DNA of 64,000 nucleotides from Leucoraja erinacea (lineage: Eukaryota), in assembly GCF_028641065.1 (NCBI RefSeq), contig NC_073382.1:82522001-82586000 (forward strand), read 5' to 3'. Positions 1 to 12,371 of the stretch are shown here, piece after piece. The notes beneath the pieces are model-generated. The model worked only from the letters and a program-made list of their open reading frames with translations, was not told where the DNA came from and ran no database searches. A program made the position numbers and the translations under genes. Each line of letters starts with the position of its first letter. Within the stretch, counting starts at the first letter, position 1.

Positions 1-129
1 GCGATTAGTGGGCAAAATTAGGACCCATGATATTGGGGGTAGAGTACTGACATGGACAGAAAATTGGTTGGCAGACAGGAAACAAAGAGTAGGGATTAAC
101 GGGTCCCTCTCAGAATGGCAGGCAGTGAC
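1..129 (+). mobile_element. CR1-clade LINE ORF2 (reverse transcriptase) fragment
   Basis: Translates to ...HDIGGRVLTWTENWLADRKQRVGINGSLSEWQAVT, the CR1 RT segment that precedes SGVPQG; truncated at ~129. Confidence 0.85.
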
Positions 130-182
130 ATCGCAGCACAGTGGGCAAAAAGCGGTCAAGATCAGAGTTTTAGTAATATGGA
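130..182 (-). mobile_element. Short 5'-terminal fragment of a non-autonomous Helitron
   Basis: Reverse complement reads A|TCCATATTACTAAAACTCTGATCTTGACC, homologous to the Helitron 5' end at 9800 (TCTATATTACTAAAAGTAAGATCTTGACC). Confidence 0.6.
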
Positions 183-3100
183 TAGAATATACATCTCTAT
201 GGTAGAATGGAAAGTAATCAAAATGTGCGTTTAAAAAGTGCCTGCGAGTTAATGGACCAAACAGATCTAAGCTACATTTTAATATAAAATTGGATACATG
301 TAAGCCTAGAAGGAACAAATGTAAAAAACAATAATTTAATTAACTAGAGCCTGGAAAACCAATTGGCGAAAAACCAGTCATGGGTGCTTTGGCTTGAAGT
401 TGATAGGCACTACTTACTGCAAATGGAGGCGTGGGTGTACTGGCATGAAGTTGAAAGGCACTACTTACTGCAAATGGTGGCATGTAGTTGAAAGGCAATA
501 CTTACTGCAAATTGTGGCTTGGGTGCTTTGGCTTGAAGTTAAAAGGCACTACTTACTGCAAATGGTGCCTTGGGAGCTTAGGTTTGAAGTTGAAAGGCAC
601 TACTTACTGCAAATGGTGGCTTGGGTGCTTTGGCTTGAAGTTGAAAGGCGCTACTTACCGCAAATGGTGGCTTGGATGCTTTGGCTTGAAGTTGAAAGGC
701 ACTACTTACTGCAAATGGTGGCTTGGGTGCTTTGCTTGAAGTTGAAAGGCACTACTTACTGCAAATGGTGGCATGAAGTTGAAAGGCACTACTTACTACA
801 AATGGTGGCTTGGGTGCTTTGGCTTGAAGTTGAAAGGCACTACTCACTGCAAATGGCGGCGTGGGTGCATTGGCTTGCAGTTGAAAGGCACTACTTACTG
901 GTGGCAAATGGTGGCATGAAGTTGAAAGGCACTACTTGCTGCAAATGGTGGCTTGGGTGCTTTGGCTTGAAGTTGAAAGGTACTACTTACCGCAAATGGT
1001 GGCGGGAGCTTTGGTTTGAAGTTGAAAGGCACTTCTTACTGCAAATGGTGGCTTGGGTGCTTTGGCTTGAAGTTGAAAGGCACTACTTACTGCAAATGGT
1101 GGCATGTAGTTGAAAGGCACCACTTACTGCAAATGGTGGCTTGGGTGCTTTGGCTTGAAGTTGAAAGGCACTGCTTACTGCAAATGGTGGCTTGGGTGCT
1201 TTGGCTTGAAGTTGAAAGGCACTACTTACCGCAAATGGTGGCGTGGATGCTTTGGCTTGAAGTTGAAAGGCACTACTTACTGCAAATGGTGGCTTGGGTG
1301 CTTTGCTTGAAGTTGCACTACTTACTGCAAATGGTGGCATGAAGTTGAAAGGCACTACTTACTACAAATGGTGGCTTGAGTGCTTTGGCTTGAAGTTGAA
1401 AGGCACTACTTACTGCAAATGGTGGCATGAAGTTGAAAGGCACTACTTGCTGCAAATGGTGGCTTGGGTGCTTTGGCTTGAAGTTGAAAGGTACTACTTA
1501 CTGCAAATGGTGGCTTGGGTGCTTTGGTTTGAAGTTGAAAGGCACTACTTACTGCAAATGGTGGCTTGGGTGCTTTGGCTTGAAGTTGAAAGGCACTACT
1601 TACTGCAAATGGTGGCGGGGGTGCTTTGGCTTGAAGTTGAAAGGCACTACTTACTGCAAATGGTGGCTTGGGTGCTTTGGCTTGAAGTTGAAAGGCACTA
1701 CTTACTGCAAATGGTGGCATGAAGTTGAAAGGCACTACTTACTGCAAATGGTGGCTTGGGTGCTTTGGCTTGAAGTTGAAAGGCACTACTTACTGCAAAT
1801 GGTGGCTTGGGTGCTTTGGCTTGAAGTTGAAAGGCACTACTTACTGCAAATGGTGGCATGAAGTTGAAAGGCACTACTTACTGCAAATGGTGGCTTGGGT
1901 GCTTTGGCATGCACTTGAAGTTGAAAGGCACTACTTACTGCAAATGGTGGCTTGGGTGCTTTGGCTTGAAGTTGAAAGGCACTACTTACTGCAAATGGTG
2001 GCATGAAGGCTTGAAGTTGAAAGGCACTACTTACTGCAAATGGTGGCTTGGGTGCTTTGGTTTGAGTTGAAAGGTACTACTTACTGCAAATGGTGGCTTG
2101 GGTGCTTTGGTTTGAAGTTGAAAGGCACTACTTACTGCAAATGGTAGCTTGGGTGCTTTGGCTTGAAGTTGAAAGGCACTACTTACTGCAAATGGTGGCA
2201 TGAAGTTGAAAGGCACTACTTACTGCAAATGGTGGCTTGGGTGCTTTGGCTTGAAGTTGAAAGGCACTACTTACTGCAAATGGTGGCGTGGGTGCTTTGG
2301 CTTGAAGTTGAAAGGCACTACTTACTGGAAATGGTAGCTTGGGTGCTTTGGCTTGAAGTTGAAAGGCACTACTTACTGCAAATGGTGGCTTGGGTGCTTT
2401 GGCTTGAAGTTGAAAGGCACTACTTACTGCAAATGGTGGCTTGGGTGCTTTGGCTTGAAGTTGAAAGGCACTACTTACTGCAAATGGTGGCTTGGGTGCT
2501 TTGGCTTGAAGTTGAAAGGCACTACTTACTGCAAATGGTGGCATGAAGTTGAAAGGCACTACTTACTGCAAATGGTGAATTGGCTTGAAGTTGAAAGGCA
2601 CTACTTACTGCAAATGGTGGCATGAAGTTGAAAGGCACTACTTACTGCAAATGGTGGCTTGGGTGCTTTGGCTTGAAGTTGAAAGGCACTACTTACTGCA
2701 AATGGTGGCGTGGGTGCATTGGCGTGAAGTTGAAAGTCACTACTTACTGCAAATGGTGTAATGAAGTTGAAAGGCACTACTTACTGCAAATGGTGGCTTG
2801 GGTGCTTTGGCTTGAAGTTGAAAGGCACTACTTACTGCAAATGGTGGCTTGGGTGCATTGGCTTGAAGTTGAAAGGCACTACTTACTGCAAATGGTGGCA
2901 TGAAAGTTGAAAGGCACTACTTACTGCAAATGGTGGCTTGGGTGCTTTGGCTTGAAGTTGAAAGGCACTACTTACTGCAAATGGTGGCGTGGGTGCGTTA
3001 GCTGAGGTTGAAAGGCATTACTTACTGCAAAGGGTGAAAAAGGCACTACTTACTGCAAATGGTGGCTTGGGTGCTTTGGCTTGAAGTTGAAAGGCACTAC

Positions 3101-4683
3101 TACTTACTGCAAATGGTGGCGTGGGTTCATTGCTTGAAGTTGAAAGGCACTATTTGGCATGAAGTTGAAAGGCACTAGGCACGTCAAACGGTGGTTTGGG
3201 TGCTGTGGCTTGAAGTTGAAAGGCACTATTTACTGCAAATGGTGGCTTGGGTGCTTTGGCTTGAAGTTGAAAGGCACTACTTACTGCAAATGGTGGCTTG
3301 GGTGCTTTGGCTTGAAGTTGAAAGGCACTACTTACTGCAAATGGTGGCTTGGGTGCTTTGGCTTGAAGTTGAAAGGCACTACTTACTGCAAATGGTGGCT
3401 TGGGTGCTTTGGCTTGTAGTTGAAAGGCATTACTTATTGAAAATGGTGGCTTGGGTGCTTTGGCTTGAAGTTGAAAGGCACTACTTACTGCAAATGGTGG
3501 CATGAGGTTGAAAGGCACTACTTACTGCAAATGGTGGCTTGGGTGCTTTGGCTTGAAGTTGAAAGGCACTACTTACTGCAAATGGTGGCTTGGGTGCTTT
3601 GGCTTGAAGTTGAAAGGCACTACTTACTGCAAATTGTGGCTTGGGTGCTTTGGCTTGAAGTTGAAAGGCACTACTTACTGCAAATGGTGGCTTGGGTGCT
3701 TTGGCTTGAAGTTGAAACGCACTACTTGCTGCAAATGGTGGTGTGGGTTAATTGGCATGAATTTGAAAGGCACTACTTACTGCAATTGGTGGCTTGGGAG
3801 CATTGGATTGAAGTTGAAAGACTTCTTACTGCAAATGGTGGCTTGGGTGGTTTGGCTTGAAGTTGAAAGGCACTACTTACTGCAAATGGTGGAATGAAGT
3901 TGAAAGGCACTACTTACTGCAAATTGTGGCTTGGGTGCTTTGGCTTGAAGTTGAAAGGCACTACTTACTGCAAATGGTGGCTTGGGAGCTTTGGTTTAAA
4001 GTTGAAAAGCACTTCTTATTGCAAATGGTGGCTTGGTGGCTTGGGTGCTTTGGCTTGAAGTTGAGAGGCACTACTTATTGCAAATGATGGCTTGGGTGCT
4101 TTGCCTTGAAGTTGAAAGGCGCTACTTACTGCAAATGGTGGCGTGTGTGCTTTGGCTTGAAGTTGAAAGGCACTACTTACTGCAAATGGTGGCTTGGGTG
4201 CTTTGCTTGAAGTTGAAAGGCACTACTTACTGCAAATGGTGGTTTGGGTGCTTTGGCTTGAAGTTGAAAGGCACTACTTACTGTAAATGGTGGCTTGGGT
4301 GCTTTGGCTTGAAATTGAAAGGCACTACTTACTGCAAATGGTGGCTTGGGTGCTTTGGCTTGAAGTTGAAAGGCACTACTTACAGCAAATGGTGGGTTGG
4401 GTGCTTTGGCTTGATGTTGAAAGGCACTACTTACAGCAAATGGTGGGTTGGGTGCTTTGGCTTGATGTTGAAAGGCACTACTTACTGCAAATGGTGGCGT
4501 GGGTGTATTGGCATGAATTTGAAAGGTACTAATTACTGCAAATGGTGGCATGAAGTTGAAAGGCACTACTTACTGCAAATGGTGGCTTAGGTGCTTTGGT
4601 TTGAAGTTGAAAGGCACTACTTACTGCAAATGGTGGCTTGGGAGCTTTGGTTTTAAGTTGAAAAGCACTTCTTACTGCAAATG

Positions 4684-5139
4684 TCGTCAGCAGCGGCCTC
4701 GGCAGCCCGTCTGCGTTTTTATTATTTTTTGTCTTTGTTTTTATGTAGTTTTTGTTATTTTTTGTTGTGGTGTGTGTGTGGGGGGGGTGGGGGTGGAGTG
4801 GGTGGGAGGGAGTAACGTTTAATCTCCCCCTGCATGGGAGACCCGACCTTTTCTTTGTCGGGTCTCCGTTGTCGTTGGGGCTGCAACGAGGAGCGGCCTC
4901 CAACAGGAAGACCGGGGGCTCTGGTGCCGACTACTCACCTCACCGTCGCGGAGCTGGCCGAGTCGAGAGCGGGTGGAGCGCTGCTGCGGCCCGACCTCCG
5001 TGGAGAGATAAGTTTTTTTGGCCTTCCATCACAGCAATGTGATGGATGTTTATGGGAAATTATGTTGTGTCTTGGGTCTATTTGTTTGTAATGTATGGCT
5101 GCAGAAACGTCATTTCGTTTGGACCTCAAGGGGTCCAAA
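4684..5139 (+). mobile_element. Non-LTR-type interspersed repeat inserted in the satellite (copy 1, internally deleted)
   Basis: Starts TCGTCAGCAGCGGCCTC; near-identical to 6795-7135; its 3' part matches 29910-30060, which ends in a (TCTTGA) tail. Confidence 0.7.
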
Positions 5140-6794
5140 NNNNNNNNNNNNNNNNNNNNNNNNNNNNNNNNNNNNNNNNNNNNNNNNNNNNNNNNNNNNN
5201 NNNNNNNNNNNNNNNNNNNNNNNNNNNNNNNNNNNNNNNNNNNNNNNNNNNNNNNNNNNNNNNNNNNNNNNNNNGAAGTTGAAAGGCGCCTTACTACTTA
5301 CTGCAAATGGTGGCATGAAGTTGAAAGGCACTACTTACTGCAAATGGTGGCTTGGGTGCTTTGCCTTGAAGTTGAAAGGCACTACTTACTGCAAATGGTG
5401 GCGTGGGTGCTTTGGCTTGAAGTTGAAAGGCACTACTTACTGCAAATGGTGGCTTGGGAGCTTTGGTTTTAAGTTGATAGGCACTTCTTACTGCAAATGG
5501 TGGTTTGGGTGCTTTGGCTTGAAGTTGAAAGGCGCTACTTACTGCAAATGGTGGCATTAAGTTGAAAGGCACTACTTACTGCAAATGGTGGCTTGGGTGC
5601 TTTGCCTTGAATTTGAAAGGCAGTACTTACTGCAAATGGTGGCGTGGGTGCTTTGGCTTGAAGTTGAAAGGCACTACTTACTGCAAATGATGGCATGAAG
5701 TTGAAAGGTACTACTTACTGCAAATAGTGGCTTGGGTGCTTTGGCTGGAGGTTGAAAGGCACTACTTACTGCAAATAGTGGATTGTGTGCTTTGCTTGAA
5801 GTTGAAAGGCGCTACTTACTGCAAATGGTGGCTTGGGTGCTTTGACTTTAAGTTGAAAGGCACTACTTACTGCAAATGGTGGCACGAAGTTGACAGGCAC
5901 TACTTACAGCAAATGGTGGCTTGGGTGCTTTGGCTTGAAGTTGAAAGGCACTACTTACTGCAAATGGTGGCTTGGGTGTTTTGCTTGAAGTTGAAAGGCA
6001 CTACTTACTGCAAATGGTGGCGTGGGTGTATTGGCTTGAAGTTGAAAGGCACTACTTACTGCAATTGATGGCTTGGGAGCATTGGCTTGAAGTTGAAAGG
6101 CACTACTCACTGCAAATGGTGGCTTGAATGCTTTGGCTTGAAGTTGAAAGGCACTACTTACTGCAAATGGTGACGGGTGCATTGGCTTGAAGTTGAAAGG
6201 CATTACTTACTGCAAGTGGTGGCTTGGGTGCTTTGGCGAAGTTGAAAGGCACTACTTACTGCAAATGGTGGCATGAAGTTGAAAGGCACTACTCACTGCA
6301 AATGGTGGCTTGGATGCTTTGGCTTGAAGTTGAAAGGCACTACTTACTGCAAATGGTGTCGTGAGTGTATTGGCTTGAAGTTGAAAGGTTCTACTTACTG
6401 CAAATTGTGGCATGAAGTTGAAAGACACTACTTACCGCAAATGATGGCTTGGGAGCTTTGGTTTGAAGTTGAAAGGCACTACTTACTGCAAATGGTGGCG
6501 TGGGTGTATTGGCTTTAAGTTGAAAGGCATTACTTACTGCAAATGGTGGCTTGGGAGCATTGGATTGAAGTTGAAAGACTTCTTACTGCAAATGGTGGCT
6601 TGGGTGGTTTGGCTTGATGTTGAAAGGCACTACACTGCAAATGGTGGCTTGGGTGCTTTGGCTTGAAGTTGAAAGACTTCTTACTGCAAATGATGGCTTG
6701 GGTGGTTTGGCTTGAAGTTGAAAGGCACTACTTATTGCAAATGGTGGCTTGGGAGCTTTGGTTTTAAGTTGAAAGGCACTTCTTACTGCAAATG

Positions 6795-7488
6795 TCGTCA
6801 GCAGCGGCCTCTGCAGCCCATCTGCGTTTTTATTATTTTTTGTCTATGTTTTTATGTAGTTTTTGTTTTTTTTTGTTGTGGTGTGTGTGTGTGGGGGGGG
6901 GGGGGGGGGGGGGGGGTGGGGGGTGGGAGGGAGGGAGTAACTTTTAAATCTCCCCCTGCACGGGAGACCCGACCTTTTCTTTGTCGGGTCTCCGTTGTCG
7001 TTGGGGCTGCAACGAGGAGCGGCCTCCAACAGGAAGACCGGGGGCTCTGGTGCCGACTACTCACCTCACCGTCGCGGAGCTGGCCGAGTCCAGAGCGGGT
7101 GGAGCGGTGGTGGAGCGCTGCTGCGGCCCGACCTCCAGAGATTCGGAGGCTGCAACTGCGGGTCTGGCGGACGGCGGCACTGGGAGCCCGCGGGTCCCTG
7201 GAGGGAGACCGCTTTTCAGGGCTCCCGCAATGGTGACTTCTCCCGCCCGAGTTGCGGGGTCAAAGAGCTCCTGGAGCGGGGCCTTACAGCACCACCCCGC
7301 GCGGCTTGGAATGGCCGCGGGACTCTGCGAGCGCACGCCGGGGGCTCTAACATCAAGAACCCGGTGTGCGACCTTGCATCACCCGGCGTGGCTTTAATGG
7401 CCGCGGGACAATCGCCATCGCCAGCCGGGGGCTTTGACTTTGACTCTGGGGGGGGGGGGGGGGGGGGGGGGGGATGCAGTGGAGAGAT
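6795..7488 (+). mobile_element. Same interspersed repeat (copy 2, lacking the 3' tail)
   Basis: Same left junction as copy 1; 7340-7488 matches 29775-29920. Confidence 0.7.
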
Positions 7489-8830
7489 GCTTTGACTTTA
7501 AGTTGAAAGGCACTACTTACTGCAAATGGTGGCACGACGTTGACAGGCACTACTTACTGCAAATGGTGGCATGAAGTTGAAAGGCACTACTCACTGCAAA
7601 TGGTGGCTTGGGTGCTTTACCTTGAAGTTGAAAGGCTCTACTTACTGCAAATGCTTGAAGTTGAAAGGCACTACTTACTGCAAATGGTGGCGTGAGTGTA
7701 TTGGCTTGAAGTTGAAAGGCTCTACTTACTGCAAATGGTGGCATGGAGTTGAAAGGCACTACTTACTGCAAATGGTGGTGTGGGTGCTTTGGCTTGACGT
7801 TGAAAGGCGCTACTTACTGCAAATGGTGGCATGAAGTTGAAAGGCATGACTTACTGCAAATGGTGGCTTGGGTGCTTTGCCTTGAAGTTGAAAGGCACTA
7901 CTTACTGCAAATGGTGGCTTGGGAGCTTTGGCTTTAAGTTGAAAGGCACTACTTACTGCAAATGGTGGCACGAAGTTGACAGGCACTACTTACTGCAAAT
8001 CGTGGCTTGGGTGCTTTGGCTTCAAGTTGAAAGGCACTACTTGCTGCAAATGGTGGCGTGGGTGCTTTGGCTTGACGTTGCAAGGCGCTACTTACTGCAA
8101 ATGGTGGCATGAAGTTGAAAGGCACTACTTACTGCAAATAGTGGTTTGGGTGCTTTGGCTTGAAGTTGAAAGGCACTACTCACTGCAAATGGTGGCTTGG
8201 ATGCTTTGGCTTGAAGTTGAAAGGCACTACTTACTGCAAATGGTGGCGTGAGTGGCTTGAAGTTGAAAGGCTCTACTTACTGCAAATGGTTGAAAAAGGC
8301 TCTACTTACTGCAAATGGTGGCCTGAGGTTGAAAGGCACTACTTACTGCAAATGATGGCTTGGGTGCTTTGGCTTGAAGTTGAAAGGCACTACTCACTGC
8401 AAATGGTGGCTTGGGAGCTTTGGCTTGAAGTTGAAAGGCACTACTTACTGCAAATGGTGACTTGGGTGCTTTGGCTTGAAGTTGAAAGGCACTACTTACT
8501 GCAAATGGTGACTTGGGTGCTTTGGCTTGAAGTTGAAAGGCATTACTTACTGCAATTGGTGGCATGAAGTTGAAAGGCACTACTTACTGCAAATAGTGAC
8601 TTGGGTGCTTTGGCTTGAAGTTGAAAGGCACTACTCACTGCAAATGGTGGATTGGGAGCTTTGGCTTGAAGTTGAAAGGCACTACTTACTGCAAATGGTG
8701 ACTTGGGTTATTTGGCTTGAAGTTGAAAGGCACTACTTACTGCAAATGGTGACTTGGGTGCTTTGGCTTGAAGTTGAAAGGCACTACATACTGCAAATGG
8801 CGGCTTGGGTGCTTTGGCTTGAGGTTAAAA

Positions 8831-9799
8831 CGCAGTACTGCAAATGCACTTACTTCCTGTTTGCACTGTCTATTGATTTTAGATAAAACGCTAGCCACTT
8901 AAGGCTGTGATTTTTGGCCATCTTACTCACTCCCCCCTCCGCTAAGCAGGTGCAGAGAATTCTTCCCTTCAATGAAAAATAAAAGTGTTATTAGTGTTAA
9001 AAAATGTTGAGAATCTCTCTCCTGTCAATCACACCATGAAAGCCACACCTTTTCCGGTGAGAGGGGGGGGGAGTTATAAAACCCGGAATTGTGGGTGTGG
9101 CTCAGTCTCTGCATGATGGTGGAGGGAGAGGTCATGACTCTGTCTGAGCTGTGAATCAACTGAGCACACTGAATGTCTGCTGAACTGTGAGTTTGGTGTT
9201 TTGTGTGGTTTTATGGTGGTTTCACCCTGTATGAAATGGTATGAAGATGCATTTGAATTTGATGGCCTTGCACCCTGCTTGAAGTGGAATGAAACTGCAC
9301 TTGAATTTTGCGGCCTTGCATCCTGCTTGAAGTGGTATGAAACTGCACTGAATTTGGTGGCCTTGCACCCTGCTGAAAGTGGTATGAAACTGCTCTTGAA
9401 TTTGGTGGCCTTGGATCCAGCTTGAAGTGGTATGAAACTGCACTTGAATTTGGTGGCCTTGCACCCTGCTCATAGTGGTAAGAAACTGCACTTGAATTTG
9501 GTGGCCTTGCACCCTGCTCGAAATGGTAGGAACATGGATTTGAATTTGGTGGCCTTGCACCCTGCTTGAAATCCAATTTCAAGGAATAGTCATGAGAACT
9601 GCCAGTCCACCAGCCGTGAGTGAGCTGCCAGCAGATCAGGCTTGAGGGACTGAGCTGCCACCCCAAGAACCCATACCAGCACTCCACAAAGCCCCCCCAC
9701 TGGCCACCAATATTGGAATTGGTGGAGAGGTGGAATATTGCGTCGGGGGACCAGCCCTCCCGTGTGAACATGGGACCCAACGGGTCCCACTTAGTCTAG
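8831..9799 (+). mobile_element. 3' portion of non-autonomous Helitron A (the satellite upstream is probably internal to it)
   Basis: Ends with hairpin TGGGACCC-AAC-GGGTCCCA (9771-9789), then CTAG (9796-9799) followed by T, the canonical Helitron 3' terminus. No Rep/helicase ORF seen. Confidence 0.75.
9225..9570. repeat. 48-bp minisatellite (~7 copies)
   Basis: Unit GAAATGGTATGAAACTGCACTTGAATTTGGTGGCCTTGCACCCTGCTT; further copies at 10665-10835. Confidence 0.9.
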
Positions 9800-10838
9800 T
9801 CTATATTACTAAAAGTAAGATCTTGACCCCTTTTGACTCACTGAGATGTGATTTCCGAGAGAACACCGCCATTTACGGCCATCATTTTTGGCCACCTTGC
9901 TCAGAGCCTCATTCCGCCAGACTGGACTGGAGGATTTTTCCCATCGATGAAAAATCAGATATTAATGTTTTAAAACATTTCGCCATTCTCTCTGCTGCCC
10001 CTGCTGGAGGGAGGGGGGAGGGACTATAAAACCCTGAAGTGGTGTGCTTCAGTCTCTGCAAGATGGAGGAAGCAAGAGGGTCACGTCTCTCTGAGCTCTG
10101 ACTAACACTGAACACATGTCTACTCAACTGTGAGTGCCCTGAATGGGGTTTGAAAATATGGTTGCTTTCAAATGCTGCACAGCAAAAAAAATGGTTGTTG
10201 TTGGTGGTGGTAACTGCTTTGAAAGGCTGCACTGCAAAAAAAAAATGGCTGTTGTTGATGATCGTAACTGCTTTGAAAGGCTGCACTGCAAAAAAAAAAA
10301 ATCCTGTTTGCACTGAATATTGATTTTAGATAAAATGCTACCACTTACGGCTGTGATTTTTGGCCATCTTACTCAGTTCCTCGCCACTCATCAGGCGCAG
10401 CGGATGAAAAATAAAAGCGTTATTAATGTTTAAAAAAATGTTGAGAATCTCTCTCCAGTCAATCACGCCATGAAGGTCACACCCCTTCCAGTTGGAGGGG
10501 GAGGGATTATAAACCCCGTAAGTGTGGGTGTGGCTCAGTCTTTGCAAGATGGGGGAGAGGTCACGACTCTGTCTGAGCTGTGAATCAACTGAACACACTG
10601 AATGTCTACTGAACTGTGAGTGTGGTGTTTATGTGGTGGTTTGTGTGGTTTTATGGTGGTTTCACCCTGCTTGAAATGGTATGTGAAACTGCACTTCAAT
10701 TTGGTTGTCTTGCACCCTGCTTGAAGCGGTATGAAACTGTACTTGAATTTGGTGGCCTTGCACCCTGCTTGAAATGACATGAAACAGCACCAGCATTTGG
10801 TGGCCTTGCACCCTGCTTGAATTGACATGAAACTGCCT
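9800..10838 (+). mobile_element. Non-autonomous Helitron B, 5' portion, head-to-tail with Helitron A
   Basis: Begins TCTATATTACTAAAA immediately after CTAG; 10302-10680 is homologous to 8855-9235; carries the same 48-bp repeat; truncated at ~10838. Confidence 0.7.
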
Positions 10839-11039
10839 GAAAACCGTGACCTCCATGTTCAGGAACAGCTTGTTCCCACCAACCATCAGGCTCTTAAACA
10901 CTGCACAACACTAACCTCAGCAACTGATCTTTAGTTGCACTACAGACTTTGGCTTAGTACTATTAAGGATACATAATACTGTAATTATAATTAAAGATAG
11001 ACACAAAATGCTGGGGGTAACTCAGTGGATCAGGCAGCA

Positions 11040-11530
11040 TGGAGTCACAGAGTGTGCAAACAGGCCCTTCGCCCCAACTTGCCCACACCGGCCAACATGC
11101 CATATCTACACTAGTCCCACCTACCTACGTTTGGTCCATATCCCTCCAAACCTGTCCTATCCATGTCTAACTGTTTCTTAAATGTTGGGATAGTCCCAGC
11201 CTCAACTACCACCTCTGGCAGCTTGTTGCATACACCCACCACCCTTTATGTGAAAACATTACACCTCAGATTCGAATTAAATCTTTTCCCCTTCATCTTG
11301 AACCTATGTCGTCTGGTCCTCGATTCCCCTACTCTGGGCAAAAGACTCTGTGCGCCAACCCGATCTATTCCTCTCATGATTTTATACACCTCTATAAGAT
11401 CCTCCCTCATGCTCCTGCGCTCCATGGAATAGAGACACAACCTACTCAACCTCTCCCTATAGCGCACACCCTCTAGTCCTGGCAACATCCTCGTAAATCT
11501 TCTCTGTACCCTTTCCAGCTTGACAACGTC
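11040..11530 (-). mobile_element. CR1 LINE 3' end fragment
   Basis: Translates to MLPGLEGVRYRERLSRLCLYSMERRSMREDLIEVYKIMRG...TRRH, the CR1 ORF2 C-terminus, plus 3' UTR. Confidence 0.9.
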
Positions 11531-11705
11531 TCTGGAGAAAATGGATAGGTGGTGGTTGAGGTCAGGACCCTTGATTATTTTTTATTGATTATTGTACATT
11601 TGCCTGTGTGTTTCTGTGCTGCAGTCCCAGGGAAGCTGCAGCAAGTAAAACAATCATTTCTGTTGCTGAGAGACGACAATTAGACACTCGACACTGTCGG
11701 GAAAC

Positions 11706-11711
11706 TTTAAT
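11706..11711 (-). terminator. Candidate TIMM10B polyadenylation signal ATTAAA
   Basis: ATTAAA on the minus strand ~440 nt after the stop codon, near the end of unique sequence; not verified. Confidence 0.4.
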
Positions 11712-12152
11712 CGGCTCTCCGCTGTGTGTGCTCAGTGTTCATTGTTCGGTGGCTGCCGTTTGTGACAGCATCCTCAGTCTGGGCAGTCTGTCTGTACAGT
11801 CAGGCCCACGCCCCCTAGCCCAGGAAACTTGCAACCGTCCACCTGCCACTCGGCAGGGCTGGGGCAAGGGGCAGATCGGGGGCGGTGGCAGGGTGGGGTG
11901 GGTACAGGGGCAGGCCGGGAGCAGGGCAGGGGCAGGGCAGGGTGGGGGCAGGCGGGCACACTCAACCTTCACTCGTTCTGTAATCACAGTCAGGTCACAG
12001 AGGCCACTATGTTTAGTGCTGAGCGGGAGGAGCAGTGTTCCCGGAGGGGGAGAGTGGGATGGGAGTTTCTGGGCACCAAGTTTCACTGGATCGCCGGTCA
12101 GCAGCGCGGTGTCGTCCTGTTCACATCACTGCTCGTTCCCACATGTGACCAG

Positions 12153-12353
12153 TCACTCTGCTCCACTCGTCACCTCCAGGCTCGAGGCTGGGGCCGTCTC
12201 TGGCACTGGGGCCGCCTGGGCCACCTCTGCTGCTCTCCTCTCGTATTCCGCCAGCCGTTTCTGCACGATCGCCGGCATCAGCTGCACGTATGCGCCCATC
12301 AGCCGGTGATTGGTACGGATCAGCTTCCCCGCACACCCATTGATGCAGCTCTC
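12153..12353 (-). CDS. TIMM10B: TIMM10B (Tim9b/FXC1) coding exon 3
   Basis: Acceptor tctag|GAG; encodes [66 protein letters not shown], with the second CX3C; matches recalled human [33 protein letters not shown]. Confidence 0.95.
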   Translation of the reverse strand, partial: ESCINGCAGKLIRTNHRLMGAYVQLMPAIVQKRLAEYERRAAEVAQAAPVPETAPASSLEVTSGAE

Positions 12354-12371
12354 CTAGACAGGGGCACAATG

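Larger units (their letters stand above)
380..8830. repeat. Satellite array of interspersed 51-bp and 37-bp units
   Basis: 51-bp unit TTGGCTTGAAGTTGAAAGGCACTACTTACTGCAAATGGTGGCTTGGGTGCT and 37-bp variant ATGAAGTTGAAAGGCACTACTTACTGCAAATGGTGGC; more than 100 copies, interrupted by two insertions and a gap (5140-5274). Confidence 0.97.

Noticed and set aside
380-8830. CRISPR-like appearance of a constant repeat with short variable parts
   Set aside because: There are no unique spacers and no cas genes, and the context is vertebrate; it is a tandem satellite.
380-8886. Many ORFs with LKLKGTTYCKWWLGCFG or EVERHYLLQMVAWVLWL repeats
   Set aside because: They are translations of a 51-bp satellite; frames switch at every 37-bp unit and there is no splice or domain evidence.
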